Positions 48,955 to 62,599 of a stretch of DNA of 64,000 bases are shown here, in pieces. This DNA comes from Mobula hypostoma. Its lineage: Eukaryota. The notes beneath the pieces are model-generated. The model searched no databases and was not told the origin of the DNA. It worked only from the letters and a program-made list of their open reading frames with translations. The stretch lies in contig NC_086108.1 of assembly GCF_963921235.1 (NCBI RefSeq), positions 86,430,001-86,494,000 on the forward strand, in the 5' to 3' direction. Made by a program: the position numbers and the translations under genes. Position 1 is the first letter of the stretch. Every line of letters begins with the position of its first letter.

Positions 48955-49662
48955 TGAGGAGAACTAAGGTACCGGTGACCCCTGTTTCCATCCATGCTGG
49001 ATGATTACAAATACCTGGGGATACGAATTGACAATAAACTGGACTGGTCAAAGAATACTGAGGCTGTCTACAAGAAGGGACAGAGCCGTCTCTACTTCCT
49101 GAGGAGACTGAGGTCGTTTAACATCTGCCGGACGATGCTGAGGACGTTCTACAAGTCTGTGGTGGCCAGTACTATCATGTTTGCTGTTGTGTGCTGGGGC
49201 AGCAGGCTGAGGGTAGCAGACACCAACAGAATCAACAAACTCATTCATAAGGCCAGTGATGTTGTGGGGATGGAACTGGACTCTCTGATGGTGGTGTCTG
49301 AAAAGAGGATGCAGTCTAAGTTGCATGCCATCTTGGTCAATGTCTCCCATCCACTACATAATGTACTGGGTGGGCACAGGAGTACATTCAGCCAGAGACT
49401 CATTCCACCGAGATGCAACACAGAGCATCATAGGAAGTCATTCCTGCCTGTGGCCATCAAACTTTACAACTCCTCCCTTGGAGGGTCAGACACCCTGAGC
49501 CAATAGGCTGGTCCTGGACTTATTTCATAATTTACTGGCATAATTTACATATTACTATTTAACTATTTATGGTTCTATTACTATTTATTATTTATAATGC
49601 AACTGTAACAAAAACCAGTTTCTCCCGGGATCAATAAAGTATGACTATGACTATGACTATGT
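48955..49662 (+). mobile_element. Rex1/Babar LINE 3' fragment
   Basis: ORF 48994-49506 YKYLG..KKGQSRLYFLRRLRSF..VVCWGS; (ATGACT)n tail. Confidence 0.88.
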
Positions 49663-52600
49663 CATTTTCTTACACGTTCATTCAGTTTGTCTATATCCTT
49701 TTAACACATTTAACTCATCCTCCTGACTTGCGATACAGTTAATTACAAAATAAAGATTGGAACATAAAAGTAAAGTTTAGACATTTCAAGAAATATCTTA
49801 AACATAAAAAAAAATCCATTCCATGATGAAATATTTATGATGGAACCCTAACTTAAATTAAAAAAGGATGGAATATTTGCTGAAGATATAGAAGCATGCC
49901 TCAGTAATCTATTAAAAAACTCATATAGAGCTCACGAACCAAGACAGAACATTTTCAAATGTGCATTGAACACAGAAAGTTCTCTCAACTCAATTGATTT
50001 CCCCTGCTACTGTTGGAAAAAGGAACAATGCAGTCCATGAAGGATGGTTGAACCACTGGCAGAACTTAAGAATTTCCAAACGAAACCACATTTGGCAAGA
50101 TTTCTGAAATTGTTGAGAGTTGAAAGTGTAATGACAGTGAATGCTAATGGTTTCCTTATAATTGCAACTGCAAATTCTAGGACGAACAGGAGACTGGTGT
50201 AAAATTTTGAAATTTCTTTGCCTTGATCGCCTATAAATTTCTATGCCTTGATGCTCTGAGTTTGTTGAAACCAGTTAGAGTAACTATTCACAAGAAAATC
50301 CCTTACCTTGCCTGATGTCTGTTTCAGTATGGCATTTACTGTTGATGTTAATACTATTGCTATGGGCTCAATTCCACGTTGCAGTGTACATAACAGGGCA
50401 TCAGTGATGGAGGAGATGATAATGTGTTCCTGGCTGCTCGAGCTCCCCATCCTACATCAATCATCTAACAACGAAGTGTAGTTAGAGTCAACATACTGTG
50501 CAATATAACATCACTGCTGTCACAACAGCCTTTTTAAGCAGTAGATCCAGTATTTTCTGTACCTTCTTCTTTTCAGCTTTTCCATCAGGATTGATGATTT
50601 GTTTACACGCTGGTTTTATGCTTCTGAGGTGGTTACTAATTCCAACATGGAAACCACAGAGTCTTCTCTGGGTGGAGGAAGCGTTGGCTGATGGAGTGAA
50701 TTTGTGTGGGTGGCTTGTGAGGTGATCCACATCTTCTGTTGTTTACACAGAACTCCTGAGTGCTCCTGATGTAAGGACTTCATGTTCTTCTATGCTGGAT
50801 ATCATCTTGAATGTTCTACATTGTTTTCATACAGTCATAAGACAGAGATTGCCAGAGGTCAGTGGGAATGTTGCATTTCTTCAAGAAGTTTGAACACAAC
50901 CTGGAAAGTATTCCCCATTTTCCTGGAAATGTCTTCCCATAGAAGAGCTGGGAATACAGTCACTTGTGGTCCAAACACACAAGCTTCACACCATTCAGGA
51001 AGAAGTACTGAAAGAACTCATCAGTGACAGAGAGGTAGTTAATGGCTGTTGGCAGGTATCCTTTGATGACTTTCTTGAACATGACCCAGTCCTACAAAAG
51101 AGCACCCTACACTCCATCTCACAGTAACCAATTTGGGCCAGCTTCCCAAAGCAGCAAGTCTTCTACAGATACATTGCAGAAGATTCTTTTATTCAACATG
51201 CTGGGTCTTCAATGTTTAATGGCCAGACTAATATCAAGTACAGTAACTTTTCCCTTCAGAAAATTCTATATTCTTGCCAAGTAGAATTAAGAAAAAATCT
51301 CAAACCTTTTATTGGTATACTAGAAGCAGGAGTGTAGCTATGTAATAAATACATCTCTTTGGGGATCAAAGAGATAATGTAGGTGTAGAGTCAGGCAACG
51401 TGAACAAGGTCCAAAAGTGAACACTTCTCATCAGTATTCTCCAGGGAGATAGATGTGGAGACCAGAGAGTTAAAAGAGGGAACACTGATACTGCAAGGCA
51501 TGACTGCATTAGGAAAGAGGAAGTATTAGAAATATTTGCACACATTGGGATTGTTACAATGATACACCTCTTAGTAATAACGATCAGAGAGGCACAGAGA
51601 GAACCTATATTTACTAACCTTTATTGTCTCAATTAAAATGCACAAAACTAACTACCTGTATACACACCCACTAGTACTCCTTGAACCTTCATGGATAGTC
51701 AATGAAGAGAAAAGGTATTATTTAAGAGAGGAGTCCATGATGGCCAGATGTTCCTCATGTTCCCAAACTAATCTTCACATGTCCATGAGATCCTCCACTT
51801 CACGATGATTGGTCTCTGGAGAGTTGTCACTCATTTGCGTTTGAAGTTCCTTTCTTATAAAAGGTGAAAGTTCAAATGTTGCATTTCCATCCCACTGACT
51901 TGAGGTCACTTATGCCTGCAGATGGAGGCTACATCAACGAAATATGAAATGTTGCTCTTCCTAGTCTGGCTTGACTGTGGCAGTAGAGAAGGACATGGTC
52001 CAACATGTGATTCAGTCCACTCAGCAACTAGTAACAAACCTGCAGATGCTGTGCCTTTCACCCATCATTGCTCAGTCTAACTTTTTTTATCAGCATTATC
52101 TATGCCAAACTCAATCAATATCACACCACTACACCTCACATTGATCCTTCTGATTACCACATAAGAGAACAAAATGCTGGAAACATTCATCAGGCCAGGC
52201 AGCATCAGTAGAAAGAGAAAGCAAGTCAATGTTTAAGGTCAGAGCCTTTCATCAGTTTGTTTATGGACACTATTAGTGACATAGCTGTTGTCATGAAGCT
52301 TCTGTAAACTGGCTCTCATTGTTCTGTAAGTAATGGCCCCTTCCCTTGAGTTACTTGTCATCAAGGTTTGTGTTAAGCTGCATTGATTTCTATGATTTTG
52401 AGGGGTGGTGTTTTACAGTCTGTGTTTTTTTTGCTCTTTCCTTTACCGTTTGCAAGATTTGTTCTTTTTTCTCTGTAGCGAGTTTGACATTTTGGTTTGA
52501 ACACCATTTTTCTGTTTTCCATGGCTGTCTGTGGGAACATGAGTCTCGCAGTTGTACATTGCATACAATGAAAATAAATCTACTTTGAATCTTCGAATCT

Positions 52601-53779
52601 TTTTCATAGACTCATAGCAGCCCTTTCCCTGAGACTTCTCACCCTGATCTAACCCTGATGTTGTTTTGCAGTCTTGCTTTTCAACTATGTTGGCATCCAC
52701 AGGCACTTCTATAATAACACTTCCTGCCTTAGATTTTCACCATCATCATGATTATTCCTTTACTATTTACAGCATGGAACACAGTGATTCAGTCCTTTGG
52801 GAGCATACCAGCTCCCACTAAATGATTCTTATTGCTACTTTCTTCTTTCTCCTGCCACCCTTGCATCTTGCTCTCTCTCATATGCTCATCTAGTCTCTTT
52901 GGAATCTTTTGCCACCTACCTACACCAAGAGTAACTTATTTCAGCCAGTCTCTGGGTTACAAATGCCTGACTGACAAACTCCTATATCTATCAACAAGCT
53001 CCCATAACATTATTAATTTCAGAAGTTTGATTTTAGTGTAAATGGCAGAACTGCCTTCCTTTCTCTACTATAGAAATGATGCTTTTGTATCAAACGCACA
53101 TGCTTTTGATTCTTTTCTTTACAATACTGTGGAGATGTTGTTACCAGTTTGGGTGACTGATTTTTTTTCTGGGTTTTCCAACTCATGGTCAAAATTGACG
53201 TATGGACACCTGTGAAAACAGAACCTGTTCGATATCCAGAACCAGCCTGTGTAGCATGTGTTTGGTAAATGGGAGGAGACCCCAGCACCCAGTGAAAATT
53301 CATATTAACACGACAAGTCTACGATTCCTGAAGAATGTCTTTGGTGCACACGTTATATCTCTGAAGGTACATCTATTGTTAATAATATCGACCCACTGCT
53401 TTCAGAGATGCCACAATCCCATTCACTTCTGTGCTGCTTTACCAAAGCCTTTGATTTGACTTTCCATGTGCTTCCAGTATCCAAACACCTTCCTGCTTTG
53501 GCTGAACTGCTGACTTCCTGTTTCCTGAAAAATCTTGTGTTTTACTGTTTGACTCTCCTTTCAGTCCATTCTTCACCTTCCTCATCAGGGAAACAGTTCT
53601 GGCCTTCCATCTGTGTTGACACCTTGTATTTTTGCCTGCAACTTACCTGTCCTTGTGGAGTGAGAAGCTTCTATTTGCTGTTCTAAGTCCAGGTGTGCTC
53701 TCTCACCCTGTCCTAAGCAGCTGCGTTGGCCATTGTAATTTCATTTTTTAATGCTAACTTGGAGCTGCATTCTGTAACA

Positions 53780-54120
53780 CTGGACTTGTGGTTTCTGCTA
53801 GCTGTAGTCTTTTAGAATCTCACAAGCTCAACTGGTCTGCTTCGGTGATGCTAGTGCATAAAAATGATTTATAGACCTCCTCATTGCTCAATGGCATAAT
53901 CTTTTCAGAAAAAAAGGGTTTTTCAGTCTAAGTGATTCAATCCAGTCTATGCACACAAATTCTGGTTCATGCTTGGGGCCTGTAGTGACTCATCAATCTT
54001 GCCAAGCAACCACAGCTTGAAGAACACCTACTACAATATCATTTGGATCCACTTAAATGAAAGACATAGAGGTATTCAGATGGATCAGTGGTGCTGCTTT
54101 TTACCATCAACAAGGTGACT
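53780..54120 (+). mobile_element. PIF/Harbinger transposase relic, heavily deleted
   Basis: Ordered degenerate motifs ISQA, RKKGFFSL, ILVHA..CSDSSIL, FRWISGAAFY in shifting frames. Confidence 0.45.
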
Positions 54121-54467
54121 TTAAATATGTGGTCCTTATACGCTTCAGGTGTGCAGACGATGCAGTTAAGTATCCCTGTCAATGCTTCTTTATATGGTTC
54201 CACTTTCTGTATGCACTCCAGCACCACTGTTCTATAACTTTCTCCATATTTAGTCTGAGCCGAAGAGCCATCTTTACTGGTAATTAGCCAGCTAATATAC
54301 TTGGCTGCTGGTCAGGCCACATGTTTCGCATATCCCATGTGTTCCCATGTCCCTACCAGTCCAGAGTCTGCAGATCCAGAATTGGCCTCTACAGACACCA
54401 ACCATTGTGATGTTGCTCCTGATGACTCCTCTTCCATCCAAATCTTCACAAGCGAAGAACCAGCTAC

Positions 54468-54491
54468 CATCATCATCATCATCATCATCAT
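54468..54491. repeat. (CAT)n microsatellite
   Basis: About 8 CAT units directly 5' of a CR1 fragment. Confidence 0.9.
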
Positions 54492-54495
54492 ACCT

Positions 54496-55594
54496 ATTGG
54501 TTAGCAGACAGGAAGCAAAGAGTGGGATTAAACGGGACCTTTTCAGAATGAGAGGCGGTGACTAGTGGGGTACCGCAAGGCTCAGTGCTGGGACCCCAGT
54601 TGTTTACAATATATATTAATGACTTGGATGAGGGAATTAAATGCAGCATCTCCAAGTTTGCGGATGACACGAAGCTGGGTGGCAGTGTTAGCAGTGAGGA
54701 GGATGCTAAGAGGATGCAGGGTGACTTGGATAGGTTGGGTGAGTGGGCAAATTCATGGCAGATGCAATTTAATGTGGATAAATGTGAAGTTATCCACTTT
54801 GGTGGCAAAAATAGGAAAACAGATTATTATCTGAATGGTGGCTGATTAGGAAAAGGGGAGGTGCAACGAGACCTGGGTGTCATTATACACCAGTCATTGA
54901 AAGTGGGCATGCAGGTACAGCAGGCGGTGAAAAAGGCGAATGGTATGCTGGCATTTATAGCGAGAGGATTCGAGTACAGGAGCAGGGAGGTACTACTGCA
55001 GTTGTACAAGGCCTTGGTGAGACCACACCTGGAGTATTGTGTGCAGTTTTGGTCCCCTAATCTGAGGAAAGACATCTTTGCCATAGAGGGAGTACAAAGA
55101 AGGTTCACCAGATTGATTCCTGGGATGGCAGGACTTTCATATGAAGAAAGACTGGATGAACTGGGCTTGTACTCGTTGGAATTTAGAAGATTGAGGGGGG
55201 ATCTGATTGAAACGTATAAGACCCTAAAGGGATTGGACAGGCTAGATGCAGGAAGATTGTTCCCGATGTTGGGGAAGTCCAGAACGAGGGGTCACAGTTT
55301 GAGGATAGAGGGGAAGCCTTTTAGGACCGAGATTAGGAAAAACTTCTTCACACAGAGAGTGGTGAATCTGTGGAATTCTCTGCCACAGGAAGCTGTTGAG
55401 GCCAGTTCATTGGCTATATTTAAGAGGGAGTTAGATATGGCCCTTGTGGCTATGGGGGTCAGGGGGTATGGAGGGAAGGCTGGGGCAGGGTTCTGTGTTG
55501 GATGATCAGCCATGATCATAATAAATGGCGGTGCAGGCTCGAAGGGCCGAATGGCCTACTCCTGCACCTATTTTCTATGTTTCTATGTTTCTAT
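54496..55594 (+). mobile_element. Young CR1 LINE 3' fragment (RT C-half, one in-frame TGA near 54843)
   Basis: GVPQGSVLGP, SKFADDTK, ORF 54861-55505; (TTCTATGT)n tail. Confidence 0.95.
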
Positions 55595-56379
55595 AACAAG
55601 TAAGCATCACGGTCAATGTCTCCAATTGCTTCCATTGAAAGGCCTCCTGCCTTCAGCATCCATTCAACACACAGGCTTCCTAACATTTTCACTCAACTAG
55701 CCTACTGCTTTAATGATTTTCTTGTAAATGCTGCTGCAAGTGGGTTTTTCATTGCATCTGTATGTGTATGTGCGTGTGACAATGACCTCAACTTTGACTT
55801 TGCTGCCATCACTATCTCTGCAGGTTTGTTCCTTGTTTTCAGTCAGAAGCATGCCCTGAGCAAAACTAGGACCTCAACATTTGGAATTGTTCCATGTACG
55901 TGGCGAGTGACTGAGTCCACATCTATGTTTAAATGCCATTCTTTATTTTCATGGACCTAGATGACCAGATTGTCACTTCTTCAAGTTGCAACAAGCCATC
56001 ATCAATATCAGTATAGTATCTCTAAGAGGAACATTTAAGAGACTCTCAGGCTCATGGATGAAAGAAAAATGGAAAGTTATATGGGAACGGTACGATTGAT
56101 CTTAGAGTAGCTTAAAAGGTCAGTGCAACATCGTAGGCTGAGGGCCTGTATTGTGATTTTCTGTATTGTGAGGCTGCTGGTATAAAAAATATAAATAGAA
56201 ATGAGACATCAACAGAACATCCTCTATTGAAGTCAGCAAAATTATATTACATAATGTAACATTATATCAGGTTTGTATCATATGATACACCACCTATTTA
56301 TTCACCAGCAATCCTTGGTATCTTCATTCTGTTATGTTTCAGTACCTGCACAATGATAAACGTTATAAGCTGACAGTAA

Positions 56380-58290
56380 CAACATACCTCCATCCATTTG
56401 AAGACATGACTGTAATTAAGTCATACACTACCCAAGCAAATCAGAAACCATCGTTGACTGCAGAGGTTCATGCACTGCTTAGGGACTGGGGCACTGCCTT
56501 CAGATTAGGGATAGGAAGATCGGCAAGAGCCATGCCCTCAAGTGCCTTCAGGAAGACAAGGCAAGAGTGCTCACAGAAAATTCACGGGAACCTCCATTCC
56601 TGATAGGCTGAATGCTTTCTGTGCATGATTTGATGCGATGAATGATGTGATAATGAGGAAAACCCCCTCTACCCCTAAGGAACAGGCACCTTGTCAAGCC
56701 ACAGACAAGGTGAAAAGGACCGTAACCAGGGCAACCCACGCAAAGCTACTGGGCCTGACAACTTACCTGTCGGGTGCTGAGACATTGTGCGGTCCAGCTA
56801 ACAGAGGTCTTAACAGACACCTTTAATATCTCTTTGCAACAATCCACTGTCCCTGCAGTCTTCATGGAGGCCACCATCATTCATATGTCCAAGAGAGTGA
56901 TAGCAACTGTCACAAATGACTGCCGTGTAATGGCACTGACGTCAGCATTCCCAGAGTGCTTTGAGTGGATGGTAATGGATCATATAAAATCCCACCTTCC
57001 AGCTACTTTAGACCCTTCCCAGTTCGCCTACCACTCAGATTGGTGCACTCATGATGCCATAACCTTGAATCTCCACTCCATCCTGTCCCACATAGAAAAA
57101 AATGCCTCATACGGCAGGTTGTTGTTCATCAACTTCAGCTCAGTGTTTAGCACTGACTATCCCTCAGAAACTGGTGTGTAAACTGTCCTCGTTGGGACAC
57201 AATATCCCTCTCTGTAACTGGATCTTGGACTTTTTGATGGAAAGACCCCAGTCATCCTGAGGAGGCAAGCTCCATCCTGCTGAGAACTGGTGCCCCCCCC
57301 CCCCACTCCGGGCTTTGTACTCAGCCCACTGCTGTTCACGCTCTGACTCATGACTGCACAGCCAGATCAAGCTCAATTCATATTGTCAAATTCACTGATA
57401 ATACAGTACAATAGTGGTTGGCCTCATCAGCAACAATGATGAGTCAGCATACAAAGAGGAGGTAGAGAGGCTTGTCAAATGGTGTGAGAACAACAACTGG
57501 AGTCTCAATGTGGACAAGATTAAAGAGATGATTGTGGACTTCAGGAAGGCACAGGTTGACTGCTTTCCATTTCACATCAATGGCTCTGCTGTAGTTGGAG
57601 CGAAGAGCGAAAACTCCTCGGTGTGCTCATAACAGACAATCTAACCTGGACTCACAACACCTCCTCATTGGTCAAGAAGGCACTTTCTGAAGAGATTGAG
57701 GCACACAAGGCTCCCTACCCCCATTCTAACAACTTTCTACAGGAACACCATTCAGAGTGTCCTGTCTGGCTGCATCATTGTGTGGTACAAAAGCTGCAAG
57801 ACATCAGACCACAAGACCCTACAGAGGATAGTAGAAACCACCAAGAGGGTCACTGGGGTCTCCCTTCCCCTCTATATATGCCACTTATTGGGAGCATTGT
57901 ATATGAAGGGCCGGAAGTACTGTTGAGGATCCCAACCACGGATCCCACAATCTCTTTGACTGACTACCGTCAGGAAGGAAGTACAGTCACATCTGAACTA
58001 TGATTGCCAGACTATCAGACTCAGTGACAGGTTCTTCCCATAAACTGTGAGATTAATGAATACCCTGCTACCACTGAAGTCTCATCACTTCAACAGCGGG
58101 CTCTTTACTATTTACTGTTTACCTGTGTTGATCACTACATGCACTTTGAATTATATTTTATTAACTTATTTGTGGTAATATTTTGTTTTATGTGCTGAGT
58201 GTAATATATGATTTGTTGGTGCACCATTGTCCGGAGGGACATTGTTTTGTTTGGTTGTATGTATGGTCAGATGACAATAAACTTGAACTT
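56380..58290 (+). mobile_element. Rex1/Babar LINE RT, decayed
   Basis: [69 protein letters not shown] tail. Confidence 0.85.
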
Positions 58291-59069
58291 TTGTTCCTCT
58301 GCTGTGTTTCAGCATACTTATTTAATGTTAGAGCCTATAAGAGGTGAAAGCAAGTCAACTGGCCGAATATCATTGAATTGTTCATGTCAGTGTGGAACTA
58401 AACAAGGTAATATCTTCTCCTCCCTCATACTGCACACAATGAGATAGATTACAATGATGGATTTCTATCTCTGAGTCTTATAAGGCAAGTTTTAGGCCTT
58501 ATATGATTGCCCAATCAATGACTTTGACAGCAAGCCCAACTGGTGACTACTTTTTTCTTACACAATGAGACAAGATGACAGTACACACTGTGCTGCTTAT
58601 AGGTAGCCCGTTGCTTGGTGGGGACAGCAAATCCCCACTGGGGCCAACAGTCATTATTGTCTTCAGCAAGGCCTTAAGATAAATGTCTGCATGGGCCTTT
58701 GTGAAACCAAATCCTTATAGGAGAAGACTCAGGACTGAAATTGGGCAGCAGATATGTTATGTCAGCTGCAAGGTAGTATCCTCAGATGAGATTAAGAAAG
58801 CTCTTGCACATCTAAAATATTCAAGGCTGAATAAAGTAACTGAGTGACAGAGTTGCTTCCAGCTTTTTTTCTTGTTATTTTAATAATCTGTTTAAATATT
58901 GAGGGAAAAATCACCTCCTGACCTGTCTCCTGCCTAGAGTTTGTGACTGGATTGAGAAAGTAGTGAGACCAACACCAAACGGAACACAAGCAGCTCTGGG
59001 AAAATCTGTTGTAAATATTTTTGAAGACCCTGTCTGGTTCTGGTAAAGACAAAGTTCATGATCTATCAT

Positions 59070-60065
59070 CTAGAGGGAGACTGTGCTTGATACTCAGAAT
59101 GTGATAAATGGGTATTCATCTTGAAGAACACAGAAACATACTTTCAGAATGATGGGTCAGCCATTTAAGACTTGGGTAAAAAGAAAATTCTTCTCTAATT
59201 ATGAATTTTTGGACGTCTCTGCTGCAGTCAGATGTAAAAGCTCAGTCAGGGCTGAGACAGACAACCTTTTGGACACCAAGGGAATCAAGGGATGTGGTGA
59301 TGAGGTGGGAAAGTGGTGCTAAGGTAAAAAAAATTGGTGATATATATTATTCAGTGAGAGAATAGACTTGAGGACCATATAAATTATTTCTCCTCTGCTC
59401 TCAATGTTTGTCCTGCTCTGCATACAGATGTAAACAAGGTGATAGTCAGACTTGTTTTCAAGTCTGTACTTCCTGAAAGTGCTAACCAAAGTGGGTAGAA
59501 TGGTAAAGAAGGCATATAGCATGCTGACCTTCATTGCTGGGGAACAAGAGTACGAAAGTCAGGAAATCATGATGGAGTTGCGTGAAACTTTGCTTCAGCC
59601 ACTCTTGGTGTATTGTGTGCTGCTCTGATCACAGAAAGGATGTGGAGGCTTGCAGAGGGTTCAGAAGATGATTACCAGGCTGCTCCCTGAATTAGAGAGT
59701 CTTACCTATGAGGAGAGGTTGGACAAACTTGAATTGATTTTTTGGAGTGCCTTAGGCTGCGGGGAGATCAGGCAGAAGTTTATAAAATTATTAAAGTGCG
59801 TAGCTTCAAGATGAGTGGTTGAAAGTTTAAAGAAGACGTAAGGATAAGTTATTTTACACAAAGAGTGGTGTGTGACTGGAGCATGCTGCCATGGGCAGTT
59901 TGAAGCACATACAGATTTGGCATTCAAGAAGGTTTGAGATAAGCACATGAGTATTCAGGGAATGGAGTGATATGTATTATGTGCAGATTAATCTGATATC
60001 GTTCTCAACACAGAGATTGTGGTCTGAAGGACCTGTTCCTGTACTTTACAGATCCATGTTCTAGC
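59070..60065 (+). mobile_element. Old CR1 3' relics
   Basis: Degenerate ORF2 C-terminus (GRMVKKAYSML, YEERLDKL) and UTR. Confidence 0.65.
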
Positions 60066-62599
60066 CTCGAAAATCTGCCAGTGTGATATACTGCTGTCGG
60101 AAAACAGCAGAATGTACTGATCCCATACTAACAAATGTCACTACTTATGCCTGGATGCCTGATTGGGATGATGACTGTCACTGATAGAAAAATCTAAGAT
60201 GATGGAAAAAGAATCTTTATGTAAAAACACAGAGAAGACATTTGTACAATAAAAAATCTAAGTAACAGAAATCTCTGGTTCAATTTAATTACCAGCTGAA
60301 AGATCTCAGAATCTTATAAGATGCTCCTGCTGCTTATGCATAGGGGTTGAGAAATAAGCTCATGGTTTCTGCTGCACTATTTGAATTCTAATCCAGTAGA
60401 AACATTGTTAATGGCCAATGTCTGCTCACTGAAACCAGGAGCGATCATGGGAGTGGATGCTATTTAGTGCGGTTTCTCTTTTGAGATCAGAGGGCTGCAT
60501 TTTCCCCACCATCAAGATACTGGCAACGGCCACCTGCATGTTTCTGTTCTGCTATAATGACATCAAGTTCAAGTTCAATTGTAAGTCCAAGTTTATTGTC
60601 AGTCAACTGTACACACTTATACAGCTAAAGAAAACAATGTTCCTCCAGGACCAAGATGTAAAGCACAGAACGTATGTCAACATAAAATAGTATTAACACA
60701 GTAATATTAACAGATAATAAAAATATTCTGTAGATGTACAAGTTGACATAAAGTGCATGTGCAGCATAAAGTTAAATATACAGTACAACTTGACTTGAGC
60801 ATTGTAATGCTACTGGCACTGTCATAAGTAATGTGTACTGGGTGGCAACAAAATGTTCAGATGTCAATCGCTCTCTGCCTTCCCTTATAATTACAAGGCT
60901 AACCTACTGGAGATGCACGATCTTCATTGGAATTCAGAGCACAGAAGGCGGCCATTTACTCCGAGCCACCTGTGACAAATCTCTGAAGGAGCTATCTTCA
61001 TGTAAACAATCCCCTACCTTTGTAGCGTTGCAGATTTTTGCCCTCGTGCTTGTGAAGGCAACAATGGAATCTGTTTCTACCTCCCTTTCAGCCAGTGTGT
61101 TCCAGATCAAATCTTAATAGTACACCAAGTAAAATGAATCTTCTGACAATTAATTTCAACTGCAGGAAAAGTCATGTGTAGTTACACTGGGTTTTCAGAA
61201 ACATATTCCCAGTAGAAGAAGTTCCCTGCTGAGAGAATCAAGCAAAAAGCATTGCCCTTGATATAAATCCATGTTTATTATTTTCCAATAAAGGAAGCAA
61301 AGTGTTTCTAAAAATAATGTCTTCTGAAAGAGTGAGTGAGTTCCTCTTTATGGAACACGGCAGCTTTTATGTGAAAGAAGAATATCGTCACCATAGATAC
61401 CACAAAAACATCTCTTCATTATGTAACATATAGTTTAGTCTCTTCAATTATGTGACAAACAATTATTTCTTTCAGTTGCATATCCCTTCCTTTAATTATT
61501 TTAATTATATAATTCAAGTCTTTATACTATATATCACACAATGCTTCTCCTTCAATGACACAATTATGTTTTTTTACAGTTGCATGATGTTTGTCATTAG
61601 GCTCTTTCTTTAATCTATGTAAATCTGTATTTACAAGGATTACAAGATGACTTATCAAATTCTCCTCATTATCCTTTTGTACATCTGTTTTCATTTATGC
61701 ATCAAGTGTATTCATAAAGAATATATGAAACCACACAGGAGGCTCTGAATCAATGCAAATCTAACATTCTCCGCTGGCTGGAATACAACGGATAGGGGGT
61801 TTGCTGTTCACTAACCATGAGACCTTGCAGTACTGTTTGTTGGGTTAGTCAGGGTTGTGATTTAGATAAGGAGATGAAGTATGTATGGCACGATCCAGTG
61901 CCTTAGACACACCTTGAGGTGTGTTTGCAATGTGTGACCCTCATGAAAGAATGCTCTTTTGTTAGTTGACTATCAGACACAATAGCTACAGGTGTGTCAT
62001 TTATAATGAAACAGCAAAGATTTCAGAAAATATCATTGATTAACAACTGGATGAACAACTCAGATATTGAGATACAAACAGTTCTATAAAATACATACAT
62101 AAACTCAATCAAGGTCCATTTAAATAATTAAGTAAAAGTGTAGGATGCTAAATTGGGCCAAATGGTACTCACAGTATGAACTCTCAAAGGTTCCAAATGG
62201 AATCAAAGATCTGTGTTCACCAGTAGAGGAGTCTTAAACTAAGGGATGTAGTTGTACAGCAGCAGTCATTTAAAACAGAGGTGCATGGAAGTTTCTTTTT
62301 GCAGTGGACGGGGGAGATCTCTGGAATTCCCTATTCCAGACAATTTTGGAGGCTAGATCATTGGAAGCATCTGAGTTGGAAGTAGATAAATTCGTAAAAG
62401 ATCAGGGAATTGAGAGCACTGGAAAGGAGCTGAGGGCAGTGCAGTTTGGCCATGACCATTTTGAATAGCAGGTAGACTTGAGAGGCTAGATAGTCATCCT
62501 GTGGTCCAATTTTCCTACGTACTTGTATGTGTACACTGAGAATGAAAAAAATGCAGGGCACAACTTTGTTAAAGGGGTATTTTGCATGCCTGAGGTTAC

